From assembly GCA_963786955.1 (NCBI GenBank), contig CAWBAT010000008.1, positions 320,001 to 384,000 of the forward strand: 64,000 bases of DNA, written 5' to 3'. The stretch's first letter is position 1. Every line of letters starts with the position of its first letter. Position numbers and translations under genes: made by a program. The notes beneath the pieces are model-generated. The model was not told the DNA's origin and did no database searches. It saw nothing but the letters and a program-made list of their open reading frames with translations. This DNA is from an uncultured Acidimicrobiia bacterium. Its GTDB lineage: Bacteria > Acidobacteriota > Terriglobia > Versatilivoradales > Versatilivoraceae. Below are positions 11,755 to 22,726 of the stretch, piece after piece.

Positions 11755-12508
11755 CTATTGGCCGAGATGCGCAATGGCACTTCGCAGCGGAGCACTCGAA
11801 ATCTGGATCAATCCTGCTAAGGGATCATACATTTCCAGGATCAAGAAAATCACACCCGAGACGGATAAGGCGCATAGAAACAAGGTAGCGATGACAGTTG
11901 CGTTCGGAGGGGTGTGCAGACCGAAGCTGATGAAGGTAATGGACAGGCGAGAAAACGATCACGACCAGGAGAGGCAAGGACATCGAGCTACCTGTTGTGC
12001 GAACATCAACATGCGTCTTTGTCCGAGTCAAACGCCATATTTAACGCGCGGGCCTGAAGGGAGCGTTGAGTATCGGTCGTGGGTGAGAGTTCCTGAATCA
12101 TGTCATAGAGGTATTCGGACTTGGACTTCGCCGGGTCCAATTGGGAATGTTTTGAACGGTCTTCCGGCCATATCCGTTCGAGCGTACTGGACAACGCTGC
12201 CGCGCAAGAGATCACGGACTTCCTTCGCTTCAGGCCCATAATGCGCCAGAACGCGATCCAGAGATGATCTCGGCAGACATCTCCGTCATTTCGCGGCTTT
12301 GCGTGTCATAAGAGCCTTTTGCCGAAGCAACCAGCAGACCCAGAACAAGGCCAGTCATCGCCGCGATCGTTCCCATCCCCAGCTTTACAAGATCTCTAGA
12401 AGAGGTATTCAGATGATCCTCGGGCAGAACAGTGCGAAGAAAAACACCAAACAAAGACCCTCCAAAAACGCAAACGAATACAATCAAGCTAATTGCAATG
12501 GGATTCAT
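11755..12508 (-). CDS. DUF4239-like membrane protein, frameshifted
   Basis: LPEDHL...SRDLVKLGMGTIAAMTGLVLGLLVASAKGSYD, LDRVLAHYGPEA, C-terminal PLRSAIAHLGQ. Confidence 0.75.
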
Positions 12509-12735
12509 AATCCAACTCTCCCGAAGACCGTTTGGTCCCTTTCTGCTTTTAAGGCGCCAACCCAATGATTATCGCTACGAGTGCGCAGGTGCTGCGCAGC
12601 AGATCCCCCCTTTTAGCACTAATGGATTTGATTCTCAATCCAATTACAAAGTTTCAGAAGCCCTTGTTGTAAATTGCCCCACTAGGGTCGGCGGAAGGTC
12701 AGCGGCCTCTCTAGCGCCGGCCGGAGTCGGCGACC

Positions 12736-13272
12736 CATGAGCGCTAACTTTATAAGGCTTTCCTCACCTGCCGCCGGAAGAACGAAACGCCAAGAGCGCC
12801 AAGCACGCCAAGAAAAGAGGATACATTTTGGTTAGCCGTCTGATCTTATCCTACCCGTAGTTCTTCCGGATGGTTTCTGGCTACCCGCTGGATGTTGTCG
12901 CGCAACCATATCACGTTCCAACAGACACCAATTAGTCGATTCGCATGTCGATGCGGTCAACCGGCCTCAATAAGCACCCCTTCAAATTCTAGTCTGGTGG
13001 AACAGCGAGTTTGCATTCGACCCGGTGGCGGCGTCTTTGGAGCTCGTGTGCCAGACAAGCCTGATAGGCCGATTCCAGCAGCCCGGGCCCCAAGGCACGA
13101 GGCACTCTTGAGTGCAGCGTCAACAATATCCTGAGCTACTTCGTCGGCGGACTTGAAGGCGCCTACTCTTGGCGAACTTTGCGTTCTTGGCGTTTCCCAA
13201 TTCTAGGAGTCATTTGCTCAACTGAAGGATCCCGCAATGCATCAATCATCCAAGCTTAGGGTAGCGCTTATG
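12736..13272. mobile_element. Non-autonomous element with IS186/IS421-like (IS4 family) ends
   Basis: Left catgagcgctaac, right ggtagcgcttatg (imperfect inverted repeats); degenerate 11-bp direct repeats agtcggcgacc / ggccagcgacc. Confidence 0.65.
12880..13150 (-). pseudogene. GxxExxY protein pseudogene
   Basis: Minus strand reads ADEVAQDIVDAALK / ALGPGLLESAYQACLAHEL / RIDM with stops and shifts; flanked by inverted cgccaag nonamer repeats (12787-12812, 13168-13196). Limits approximate. Confidence 0.8.
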
Positions 13273-13351
13273 GGCCAGCGACCCCCGCTACAGCACGACT
13301 CGCTAACATTGCGTTGGCTTTTAATGGGACTTTAAGTAGAGACTCTCGCCC

Positions 13352-14357
13352 TTATTTCAACTCAAAATCAGAAGGTCTCATGCCCCGTTTGAACTTACCG
13401 AACCCGAAGTAGGTTGGGATGTACTCACCCACGTAATTCACGTCACTCTTTGCAGGAATTTGGGTTTCCAGGCCCAGCCGCCCAATAACAGGCATTCACC
13501 AGCAGGCGGCGTAATCCTTCGCTCTCCAAATCAACGGCAGCCCCAATGGTAGAGCAGATCACCCGTGAGGTTTTTCCGGTCTCACCGGTGTAATTTCGGA
13601 CCCAGATGAGAGGCATCATCGGATCATTTTTCGTTCCGGTTACAGGCTTGTCCAACGGATGCATTCCTTCCAGAACCTGGCCATAGACCAGCACGACCGC
13701 ATCGGCAGTAAGGTGACTGACACGGTAAACATCGGTGGGTCCCCAAATGTCGTCGACTCCTCTTAGAATCGGGTTATTTTTCTGGGCCTCGTTAACAATG
13801 CCTCGAGTGCTTTCTTTACCATGAATCCCATGATGGGCGATCCAGGTTTCTCCGAGAACCTGCTGGCCGAATCCTCCCGGCCATTCTTTATTCGCCAGTC
13901 ATAACGCGCATAAGCACTTTGTTTGTTTTTTTCAAACGCAAACGCATGGGTGGCTGTACGAATTCCCAGGATGGGTTTGCCCGAGTTCACGAAGTCAGCG
14001 ATGTATTTCATCTCCCGATCGGCGGGCTCCCGAAAGCGGGCAAAAATGACCATCATGTCAGCACTTTGCAAGGATTCTAATCCCGGCAGGTTTGTCGGGT
14101 TGTTAGGGATCGATGGTCCCGTCCGTGGGATCAAGCGCGAAGAGCACCGTACATTTGAATCCGTGTCGAATCGCAAGAATTTGGGCCAACATGGGCATCG
14201 CTTCTTCTGACCGGTACTCTTCATCTCCCGTCACGAACACGATGTGCTTTCCCTTCCCGGGGCCCTGGTTTCCTTCATATACGACCCGATCCGCAGCACC
14301 GATCTCGCGCTGAAAGATGAAAAAGAGAATGATCAGTGCTGGGAGAAGTTTCATCAT
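13352..14357 (-). CDS. ThuA-like (class I glutamine amidotransferase fold) secreted protein, frameshifted
   Basis: Signal peptide, [45 protein letters not shown]. Confidence 0.8.
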
Positions 14358-14462
14358 TGCCTCATCAATTCGAGCCAACGCCTCTATTCCTACCTTAGCG
14401 TGGAAGAAAACGCATACTCTGGAAGACGGGACGAACCAGGCGTACAGCGACGCGAGTTGCAG

Positions 14463-14525
14463 TTGGTAGGGCGATTTCGCCGAAACCGCCGAATGACGGC
14501 GCGCACGGCGTGCGCGCCCTACCAA
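14463..14525. repeat. REP doublet (family B)
   Basis: Near-identical to 6151-6213, including the trailing aaaagcgg. Confidence 0.85.
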
Positions 14526-14820
14526 AAGCGGAAGGCGGGCGTGTACAACATGGGTTTCTGGCGTCGCAGGCTCGGTGACCCAATTCACCTCCGCCGGAGG
14601 GGCGTTAGGGGTGGGTTCTGGTTTAAATATCGGCTCCAAGATTGGGGTTTTATCAAAGCCTCAAGCTCAGCCAGTGCGGGTCAATAGCCTTCCTGGCAGA
14701 TTCTCGACGGGAAGAATTTTCTATCCGTTCACAAGCACATTGGCTATCCTAGACCGAGGCGTCTATCACCCGTTTCTGACTTGCGTGCCTTCAATGAAAT
14801 GAACAGGTATTTGAGCCCCC

Positions 14821-15479
14821 ATGAACTTCTATCTCATCCAACTTCGAAAGAATTCGGTCGTTTTATACGCCGAAGACGAAAGAAGTTCGCTGGAGAGCCC
14901 GGATTCAACCAAGAGCCTGGTGGACACGTGGGTCAATTGGCTTGCCCGCCGGGGTACATGGGCCGCTCGAATATTTCAAGAACCTGACGATTGTTGTCCG
15001 CGACTATTACAATCGATTAGAATACAAAATAGACCCGATGGAACGTGTGTTCAAGCGCATGCGCCACGCTACCGAAATCAACCTCCATTTTGCATCGACC
15101 CTAACTGAAACACGGGCAGCCGAAATGCTGGAGCAACTGTCGGGGCAGAGAGCGCAATAAACATCTTTTCTGGTTTGGAGTGGATTTTGTCGTGGCCATC
15201 GTTGCGATCTTGCTATCGCCCATTCTGATTCCAATTCCGGGACCGAACATTTTTGTTTACTATCCAGGCCTCCGTACCATTAGCCATTTTCGTGCGTGGC
15301 GCGGCGCCCTGCGTGGTCGGAGACTGAAACCCAGGTTGTACTTCCCTCGACTAGAGATCGCGGATATCGAGGCGACCCTAAAGCAGGGCCGCGAGCAGGT
15401 AGATTTTGAACAGGTCCGGCAGTTGGCTAAAACGATGGGATTAGAACAATTGCCCCATTTCCTCCAAAGATTCACTTAG
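14821..15479 (+). CDS. Hypothetical membrane protein resembling the Mit_KHE1 family, frameshifted
   Basis: Three overlapping ORFs join into one gene; LEYKIDPME and PILIPIPGPNIFVYYPGLRTISHFRAWRG. Confidence 0.55.
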
Positions 15480-15523
15480 AGGAAATGCCGAATGCCGAAT
15501 GACGAATGCCGAGTGAAAGATGA

Positions 15524-15711
15524 AACCACGGGGAACACGGAGGACGCAGAGAACTATTTACTATTTGTTATCGTTTATTGGTTATTTACGATATGCAAAA
15601 ACGCGGACGCATTGCATTAGGCCGTGGAATATATCGAAATAATAAATAGACAATCGCAAATCGAAAATAGCCAATAACAAATTCTTCTCTCGTCCCTGTG
15701 TTCCCGGTAGT
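15524..15711. repeat. Nested inverted-repeat cassette (nonamer arms around heptamer arms), copy 1
   Basis: aaccacggggaacacggag...[tatttac tatttgt tatcgtt tattggt tatttac]...[aaataat aaataga caatcgc aaatcga aaatagc]...ctgtgttcccggtagt. Confidence 0.8.
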
Positions 15712-15721
15712 CTAATTCTGA

Positions 15722-16681
15722 ATGACTATGATTTCTGAATCTGCCAAGAGAGTTTTACGCATTGAAGCGGAGGCTATCACCGATCTCATTGATCGAATTG
15801 ATGTGCGATTTGAAAGTGCTGTCGATGCATTATTTCATTGCCATGGCCGTGTCGTTGTTACGGGTATTGGGAAATCTGGCATCATCTGCAAGAAAATAGC
15901 CGCCACATTGGCGAGTACCGGGACTCCTGCCTTTTTCCTGCACCCCACCGAAGCGCATCACGGCGATCTTGGCATGATTGTCAAGGGCGATATCGTGTTG
16001 CTGATATCCAATAGTGGTGAAACCGAGGAACTGATCCGGCTCCTGAAGACTCTGAAGCGGCTTGGAATCTTCTTAATCGCGATGGTCGGTAATCCTCAAT
16101 CTTCTTTGGCCCGGCACAGCGACATTGTGCTCGATGTCAGCATCCGTCAAGAGGCTTGTCCTCTCGGGTTGGCGCCGACTGCCAGTACGACCGCAGCGTT
16201 AGCCCTCGGTGACGCTTTGGCCATTGCGTTGTATGAAAAACGGGGCTTTAAAGAAGAGAATTTCGCCAGTCTTCATCCCGGTGGAATAGACAAGAGACTC
16301 ATGACCGTAGAGAAACTCATGCACGTGGAGATGCGATACCCGCTGTGGATGTGGACACTTCGATGCAAGCTGTGATCCTATGAAATTTCCGAAAAAGGGA
16401 TGGGGGTCACAGCCGTCATGCAGGATGGGTCGCGGGTTGCAGGAATTATTACAGACGGCGACTTGCGGCGACTCTTACAGAAAGACGTGAATTTTCTAAA
16501 GAAGAAAGCCGGGGAGTGTATGCACTTGAAGCCGCTGACCATCGAACCACAGTCATTGGCAACTGCGGCTCTACAAATCATGGAAGAGCGAAAAATTACT
16601 TCGCTGCTGGTAACGACGAAAGAGGGGAAACTCGAAGGAATCATCCACATTCATGACTTGTGGAAAACGCAGATGTTCTGA
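15722..16681 (+). CDS. kdsD: Arabinose-5-phosphate isomerase (KdsD/KpsF/GutQ, SIS + CBS), frameshifted
   Basis: GRVVVTGIGKSG, STGTPAFFLHP, HGDLG, EACPLGLAPTAST, LHPGG, GIITDGDLRR. Confidence 0.93.
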
Positions 16682-16740
16682 AGATTGCGGAATGTGGAAT
16701 TCAGATTGCGGATAGATTCAGGCGGGTCTCATTAAAAGAA

Positions 16741-16930
16741 AACCGCGGGGATACACGGAGGATGTGAGAGCTATTTACGATTTGTTATCGTTTATTTGTT
16801 ATTTACGATCTGTTAAAAGGCGGACTCACGGCAATAGCCCGTTGGTTATATCCAAATAATAAATAGACGATCGCAAATCGAAAATAGCAAATATCTAATA
16901 CTGCTGTCTCTCCCCGTGTTCCCCGTGGTT
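16741..16930. repeat. Nested inverted-repeat cassette, copy 2
   Basis: Same order and strong similarity to 15524-15711. Confidence 0.8.
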
Positions 16931-16975
16931 AGAATATTTTTAATCGCCATTCGGCATTCGTCAAACGGCATTCTT

Positions 16976-17723
16976 CTATTCCCCCTCAACCAGTGCCTTG
17001 GCATAATCGCGGTTCATACGCGCAATAAACTCGACCGAAATTTCTTTCGGGCAAACGGCTTCACAGGAGCTGATATTGGTACAATTGCCAAAACCGGCTT
17101 CATCCATGGCCTTCACCATCTTGAGCACCCGGCTATTTCGTTCTGACTTGTCCCTGCGGGAGCTGACCCAGATGGGAAACCTTGGCTGCCACGAACAGCA
17201 TGGCAGAGGCGTTCTTGCAAGCGGCAACGCAGGCTCCACATCCAATACAGGCGGCCGCGTCCATGGATTTTTCAGCGGCAGGTCTGGGCACTGGAATCGT
17301 GTTCGCTTCGGGCGCCTGACCGGTTGAGACGGAGACAAACCCTCCCGCTTCCATAATATGATCAAAAGCGCTCCGATCCACGACGAGGTCTTTGACTACA
17401 GGGAATGCCCCGGCGCGCCAGGGTTCAATGGTGAGGCGATCGCCATCCTTGAAATGTCTCATATGGAGCTGGCATACCGTTGTTCTCCGATGTCCTCCAT
17501 GCGGAATCCCGTTGATGACCATTGAGCAGGAACCGCAAATTCCTTCTCGACAATCCGAATCGAAAGCAATCGGCTCTACGCCCTTGCCTGTCAAGTCTTC
17601 GTTGACAACATCTAGCATCTCCAAGAACGACATCTCCGGGATCACATTGGGAGCCTGATACTCCACAAACTTTCCCGGTGTCTTCGAATTCTTCTGGCGC
17701 CAGACTCTTAGCGTAAGTTTCAT
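16976..17723 (-). CDS. sdhB: Succinate dehydrogenase/fumarate reductase iron-sulfur subunit, frameshifted
   Basis: [38 protein letters not shown]. Confidence 0.95.
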
Positions 17724-17817
17724 ACGAGAATCATCCTTGAAGCGATAACATCTGCGACACTAAGTACTCATTTCATCAATTACAGTGACATCAGCTTGGA
17801 GCTGCCTGTGCGCGCGG

Positions 17818-17870
17818 GTGGACGGGCGCTCCGACGCACGCTTGAACGCGCGCGGAGCGCGCGTTCCATC
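17818..17870. repeat. REP-like palindrome pair between sdhA and sdhB
   Basis: gtggacgggcgctccgacgcacgc...aacgcgcgcggagcgcgcgttccatc. Confidence 0.55.
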
Positions 17871-17892
17871 TTCCATGGAGGGCGAATCATCG

Positions 17893-19806
17893 TTACTTAT
17901 AGCTCCGCTGACTCATCTTCAATTCTTCATAAAGCAATGGCTCTTTGTGCATCAAGGGTGAATGGCCTTCACCCTGGTATTCCCACGCCGAGACATGCGC
18001 ATAGGCATCATCATTTCGGAGGGCTTCTCCATCACTCGTCTGAAATTCCTCGCGGAAGTGCCCCCCGCACGACTCGGCACGCGTCAGAGCGTCGAGGCAG
18101 AGCAACTCAGCGAACTCTAAGAAATCAGCCACCCGCCCGGCTTTTTCAATGGACTGGTTCAGATTGGCATCCTCTCCCAACACCGTCACGTTTTCCCAAA
18201 ACTCTTGTCGCAGCGCCGGAATCTTCTGCAAGACTTCTTTCAAGCCTTTCTCGTTCCGTGCCATCCCGCAATGTTCCCACATCAATTTTCCCAGCTCTCG
18301 ATGAAATGAGCCCACCGTTCGTTTCCCTTTGATGGACAAGAATCGCTGAATCTTGGCGCTGACCTCACTTTCAATCCGTTTAAATTCAGCATGAGTTTCT
18401 GGAATTCTATTCTGTGGGATAGAGCCAAAAAAATTCCCAAGGGTGTAAGGAAGGATGAAATAACCATCCGCCAAGCCCTGCATCAGCGCGCTGGCTCCCA
18501 ACCGGTTGGCGCCATGATCAGAAAAATTGGCTTCTCCAAGGACGAAGAGTCCAGGGATATTACTCATCAGATCATAATCAACCCACAGGCCGCCCATGGT
18601 GTAATGCACGGCCGGGTAAATCCGCATGGGTGTCTTGTAAGCATCCTCACCGGTGATCCGTTCATACATCTCAAAGAGATTGCCATAGCGCTCCCGGATC
18701 GTATGTTCGCCAAGGCGCTGAATGGCCTCGGCAAAGTCCAGATACACGCCCTTCCCGCCGGGACCTACACCACGCCCTTCGTCACAGACCTCTTTCGCAG
18801 CTCTCGAGGAAATGTCACGCGGGGCAAGATTGCCATAACTGGGGTATTTCCGCTCCAGATAATAATCCCGTTCGCTCTCTGGAATCTGTTGGGCAGGGCG
18901 GGTATCCCCTGACTTCTTGGGTACCCAGACCCGCCCGTCATTTCTCAAGGACTCGGACATGAGAGTCAGTTTTGATTGGTACTCTCCGCTGGCCGGGATG
19001 CAGGTGGGATGAATCTGCGTATAGCATGGGTTCGCAAAGGCGGCGCCCCGCTTGTAAGCACGAAACGTGGCCGTGACATTACACCCTCCCGCATTGGTCG
19101 AAAGATAGAACACATTGCCATAGCCGCCCGTCGCCAGCACGACGGCGTCCGCTGAATGCGAACGAATCTCCCCGGTGACGAGGTTTCGGACCACAATCCC
19201 TTTGGCCACACCATCCACCACCACCAGATCTAACATCTCGGTCATCGGAAAAAGCTGGCAATTCCCCAACCCCAGCTGGCGGGCGAGAGCTTGATAGGCT
19301 CCCAGCAAGAGCTGTTGTCCGGTCTGACCGCGAGCGTAGAAGGTTCGGGAAACCTGCGCACCACCAAATGAACGATTCGACAGCAAGCCTCCGTATTCCC
19401 GGGCAAAGGGTACTCCCTGGGCAACGCATTGGTCGATGATGGCATTGCTGGTCTGAGCCAGCCGATAGACATTACCTTCGCGAGCCCGGAAGTCTCCGCC
19501 TTTGATCGTGTCGTAAAACAGGCGATAAATACTGTCCCCGTCGTTGGGATAGTTTTTAGCAGCATTGATGCCTCCTTGAGCTGCAATGCTGTGAGCCCGC
19601 CGAGGCGAGTCATGAAACGTAAACACCTGGACCTTGTAGCCCAATTCTGCCAGAGAAGCGGCGGCTGAAGATCCAGCCAGGCCAGTTCCAACAACGATCA
19701 CATCAAACTTGCGTTTATTGGATGGATTCACCAGCTTCATTCCCAGGCGATAGCGATCCCATTTGCTGGCAAGGGGACCGGAGGGAGTTTTAGAGTCCAG
19801 TTTCAT
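17893..19806 (-). CDS. sdhA: Succinate dehydrogenase/fumarate reductase flavoprotein
   Basis: [51 protein letters not shown]. Confidence 0.96.
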   Translation of the reverse strand: MKLDSKTPSGPLASKWDRYRLGMKLVNPSNKRKFDVIVVGTGLAGSSAAASLAELGYKVQVFTFHDSPRRAHSIAAQGGINAAKNYPNDGDSIYRLFYDTIKGGDFRAREGNVYRLAQTSNAIIDQCVAQGVPFAREYGGLLSNRSFGGAQVSRTFYARGQTGQQLLLGAYQALARQLGLGNCQLFPMTEMLDLVVVDGVAKGIVVRNLVTGEIRSHSADAVVLATGGYGNVFYLSTNAGGCNVTATFRAYKRGAAFANPCYTQIHPTCIPASGEYQSKLTLMSESLRNDGRVWVPKKSGDTRPAQQIPESERDYYLERKYPSYGNLAPRDISSRAAKEVCDEGRGVGPGGKGVYLDFAEAIQRLGEHTIRERYGNLFEMYERITGEDAYKTPMRIYPAVHYTMGGLWVDYDLMSNIPGLFVLGEANFSDHGANRLGASALMQGLADGYFILPYTLGNFFGSIPQNRIPETHAEFKRIESEVSAKIQRFLSIKGKRTVGSFHRELGKLMWEHCGMARNEKGLKEVLQKIPALRQEFWENVTVLGEDANLNQSIEKAGRVADFLEFAELLCLDALTRAESCGGHFREEFQTSDGEALRNDDAYAHVSAWEYQGEGHSPLMHKEPLLYEELKMSQRSYK

Positions 19807-19845
19807 GATTGTTGCATCGCTATTGAGAGCTCATTTTTCGTCCTG

Positions 19846-20520
19846 CTATTTGACGTATCCAAGCAAAACTGCCAGTGGCATTGAAGAATTCCCCACGAAG
19901 ATGACAAGGGCGGAGACCTGCGAGAGGCGGCAGATCAAGTCTTCCGTTCTTTTGCTCTTCAATCCCAATGATTGAAAGGCGCTGCTGACCCCATGACTCA
20001 AGTGCAGGCAGAGCAACCCCATCGCCAAGATGTAAAAAAAGGTGACGCCGGGAGAAGAGAACCCCTCGACTGCCATTCGATACACGTCATGTCTCCCCTT
20101 CGAGTCCTCCAAGTGGAGATACTCGGGATTGGTGACTCCAAGCGTAAATTGCATCAAATGATAGGCCACAAATGAAAATATGACCAATCCGCTGATGAGC
20201 ACAGTCCTGGAGGCAAGATTGGCATAAGGAGGTTTGCTGTTTGCGTAACGAACGGGACGCGCCCGGCGATTCTGCAAAGCTAACTGAATCCCGGTCACGA
20301 TATGAAAGACCACAATGACGAGCAAGATGAGGCGGACCGTCCAAAGCAATCCCGGTTTGGATTTTAAAAACGCCCCATAAGCGTTCAATGACTCCGGTCC
20401 GAGAAAAACTTGCAGATTCCCCAGCATATGGCCAATGACAAAGAGGAATAAGAACACCCCTGAAATGGCCATGAGATATTTTCTGGTGAGGGAAGAACTC
20501 GCAATTAGACCAATGCTCAT
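19846..20520 (-). CDS. sdhC: Succinate dehydrogenase cytochrome b subunit
   Basis: RKYLMAISG, GHMLGNL, heme-ligand His residues, HLSHGVSSAFQSLG; first gene of sdhCAB. Confidence 0.93.
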   Translation of the reverse strand: MSIGLIASSSLTRKYLMAISGVFLFLFVIGHMLGNLQVFLGPESLNAYGAFLKSKPGLLWTVRLILLVIVVFHIVTGIQLALQNRRARPVRYANSKPPYANLASRTVLISGLVIFSFVAYHLMQFTLGVTNPEYLHLEDSKGRHDVYRMAVEGFSSPGVTFFYILAMGLLCLHLSHGVSSAFQSLGLKSKRTEDLICRLSQVSALVIFVGNSSMPLAVLLGYVK

Positions 20521-20601
20521 CTGGATAAATCAGTAGAAATCATTGCAGGGCGAAAAGATTTCTCATCGTTCATTTTTCAGTTGTCATTTCCCATTTCGAG
20601 T

Positions 20602-20979
20602 TTAGTCGTACTTCATTCTAGACTTCAGTGTCTTAACCGATGATGTGACAATTTTAGACAGCTGAGTTGTTTCATCAATGATGTTTGCCATCAATGCCGA
20701 GCTAACAAGTCCACCCTTATTTACGATTTTTAACCAAACGCTGGTTTCGTTCAATTCTTTTAAGACAATCCCCAATTTGTGTATGAAATCCGCGTTACTT
20801 TCAGCGGCTCTCGCTTCACTGTAATTTGCCGCAGGAGAGGTCCCGGAACGTAATATCTGATTTGCCACATGTCTACCTGCTGGAGTCTTAGGAAGGCTAT
20901 TGGAAAGCTTTATGATCCTGACAGCAAATTCAACAAGCCGCGCTTCCAGCTCGTCCGCTTTCTGTTGACTCTGATTCAT
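20602..20979 (-). CDS. Four-helix bundle protein (23S rRNA IVP / TIGR02436-like)
   Basis: QILRSGTSPAANYSEARAAESNADFIHKLGIVLKELNETSVWL; flanked by inverted heptamer arrays at 20560-20598 and 21008-21043. Confidence 0.92.
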   Translation of the reverse strand: MNQSQQKADELEARLVEFAVRIIKLSNSLPKTPAGRHVANQILRSGTSPAANYSEARAAESNADFIHKLGIVLKELNETSVWLKIVNKGGLVSSALMANIIDETTQLSKIVTSSVKTLKSRMKYD

Positions 20980-21052
20980 TGAACCGATACTGGTCCATCA
21001 TCTGTCCAAAATCAAAAATGACAAATGATCAATGAACAATGAAGCTTGATAA

Positions 21053-22385
21053 TCAGTCGTAGTATTCCAACCCCAAATGCGTGATGAGGTCTTCTCCGCG
21101 CAGGTAGCGGAGCGTATTCTTGAGCTTCATCAATTGAATAAAAAGGTCATGCTCGGGATAGAGCTCTGGCGCACATTGCGGACTCTTGAAAGTAAAAGGA
21201 AAGCCATTCTTGGATCCCGTGCATTTTGGCGCGCTGGGCGAGGTCGAGAAAGAGCACCAAGTCGAGGCATAAGGGTGCCGCCAGGATGCTATCCCGGCAA
21301 AGGAAGTTGACCTTGATCTGCATCGGATAACCGAGCCATCCGAAAATATCGATATTATCCCAGCCCTCTTTATTGTCTCCACTCGGCGGGTAATAGTTGA
21401 TGCGGACCTGATGATGGAAGCCCTTATACAACTCTGGATAAAGTTCCGGCTGGAGGATGTGGTCCAGCACCGAAAGCTTTGATTCTTCTTTGGTTTTGAA
21501 GGACATCGGCTCGTCCAGAACTTCGCCATCGCGGTTCCCCAGGATATTCGTGGAGAACCAACCTCTCAGGCCGATCATGCGCGACTTCAAACCTGGAGCA
21601 ATGATCGTTTTCATGAGAGTTTGGCCGGTTTTGAAGTCTTTCCCGCAAATGGACGCGTCGTTCTTCTGAGCCAGTTCAATCATGGCCGGGATATCCACGG
21701 TCAAATTGGGAGCTCCGTTGGCAAAGGTATCCCCATCTTCAATGCGGCGTAGGCATAGATCATGCTTGGAGAGATTTTGGGGTCATTGGATTTAAGTCCC
21801 TTTTCAAACTTTGCCACCGTCGAGTGGACATCGCTCATCTTAAAAAAGACTTCTGTGCTGCCACACCAGATCATGACCAGGCGGTCGATGTCATTGTTCT
21901 TCTGAAATTCCCGAATATCCGCCATGATCTGGCCGGCCAGCTCAAATTTAGTCTTTCCCTTTCTTGACGTGAGTGCCATTCAGTCTCTTCACGTACTTTT
22001 TGCTGAAGACAGCATCCCAGGGGCGAAGGCGCTGCAGGTCATTCTTCAGGGTGCCGAGGAGGGGCTTCTCTAACACGTTGGAACGCAAGGCGGTTTCGTA
22101 ACAATTTTCCCCATGGATGTCCCATCCACCGAAGACGAGATCGTCCAGGTGAGCCAAGGGGACGAAGTCTTTAATGAGAGGGGTACGCTTCTCGGTCCTT
22201 TTGCCGAGGCGGATCGTACCCATTTGGGTCAGGGAACCGAAGGGTTTGGCTCCATGTTTCCGGATAGCCTCAACGCCGGCAATAAAGGTCGTTGCCACAG
22301 CGCCCATCCCGGGAATTAACATGCCTAATTTACCTTTTGCGGGTGATATTTTCGTGCCTTTTTTGATCACAGGTTTGTTCTCCAA
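21053..22385 (-). CDS. ino1: myo-inositol-1-phosphate synthase, frameshifted
   Basis: GMGAVATT, FGGWD, GKDFKTGQT, NILGNRDG, GDNKEGWD, CRDSILAAP. Start uncertain. Confidence 0.93.
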
Positions 22386-22633
22386 GATTGGGGTTATGAA
22401 TACAGCGGGGGAAAAATAACTCAAAACAAACATAGATATTGCTATGAACGGGGGGGATTTGCAACGGATTATTGGTGGAATACTCGACAGGATTTCATCG
22501 AAGAGGGAAATTAATGGGAGCCGATCCAACCTCGACGGGTCAACCAGCTACGGATCCGAATGCTTTCTAATAACCCAAGATGAATTGAAGATCAAGATTG
22601 GCAATCGTGGTTACTTCTTACAGAAGGAATTCC

Positions 22634-22711
22634 GTAGGGGCGAAGCATTCGAATCTGAAGAGGTCATACCAGGGATGAGCCTCTTCCTTTCCGACCAATG
22701 CTTCGCCCTAC
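22634..22711. repeat. REP-like inverted pair, GTAGGGGCGAAGCATT family (E)
   Basis: gtaggggcgaagcatt...aatgcttcgccctac; second copy at 37046-37113. Confidence 0.75.
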
Positions 22712-22726
22712 ACCACATTCATTGGC

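Noticed and set aside
20602-20979. Avd of a diversity-generating retroelement
   Set aside because: No reverse transcriptase and no TR/VR pair differing at adenines. The LOX/LOX-fragment pair is diverged at all base types.
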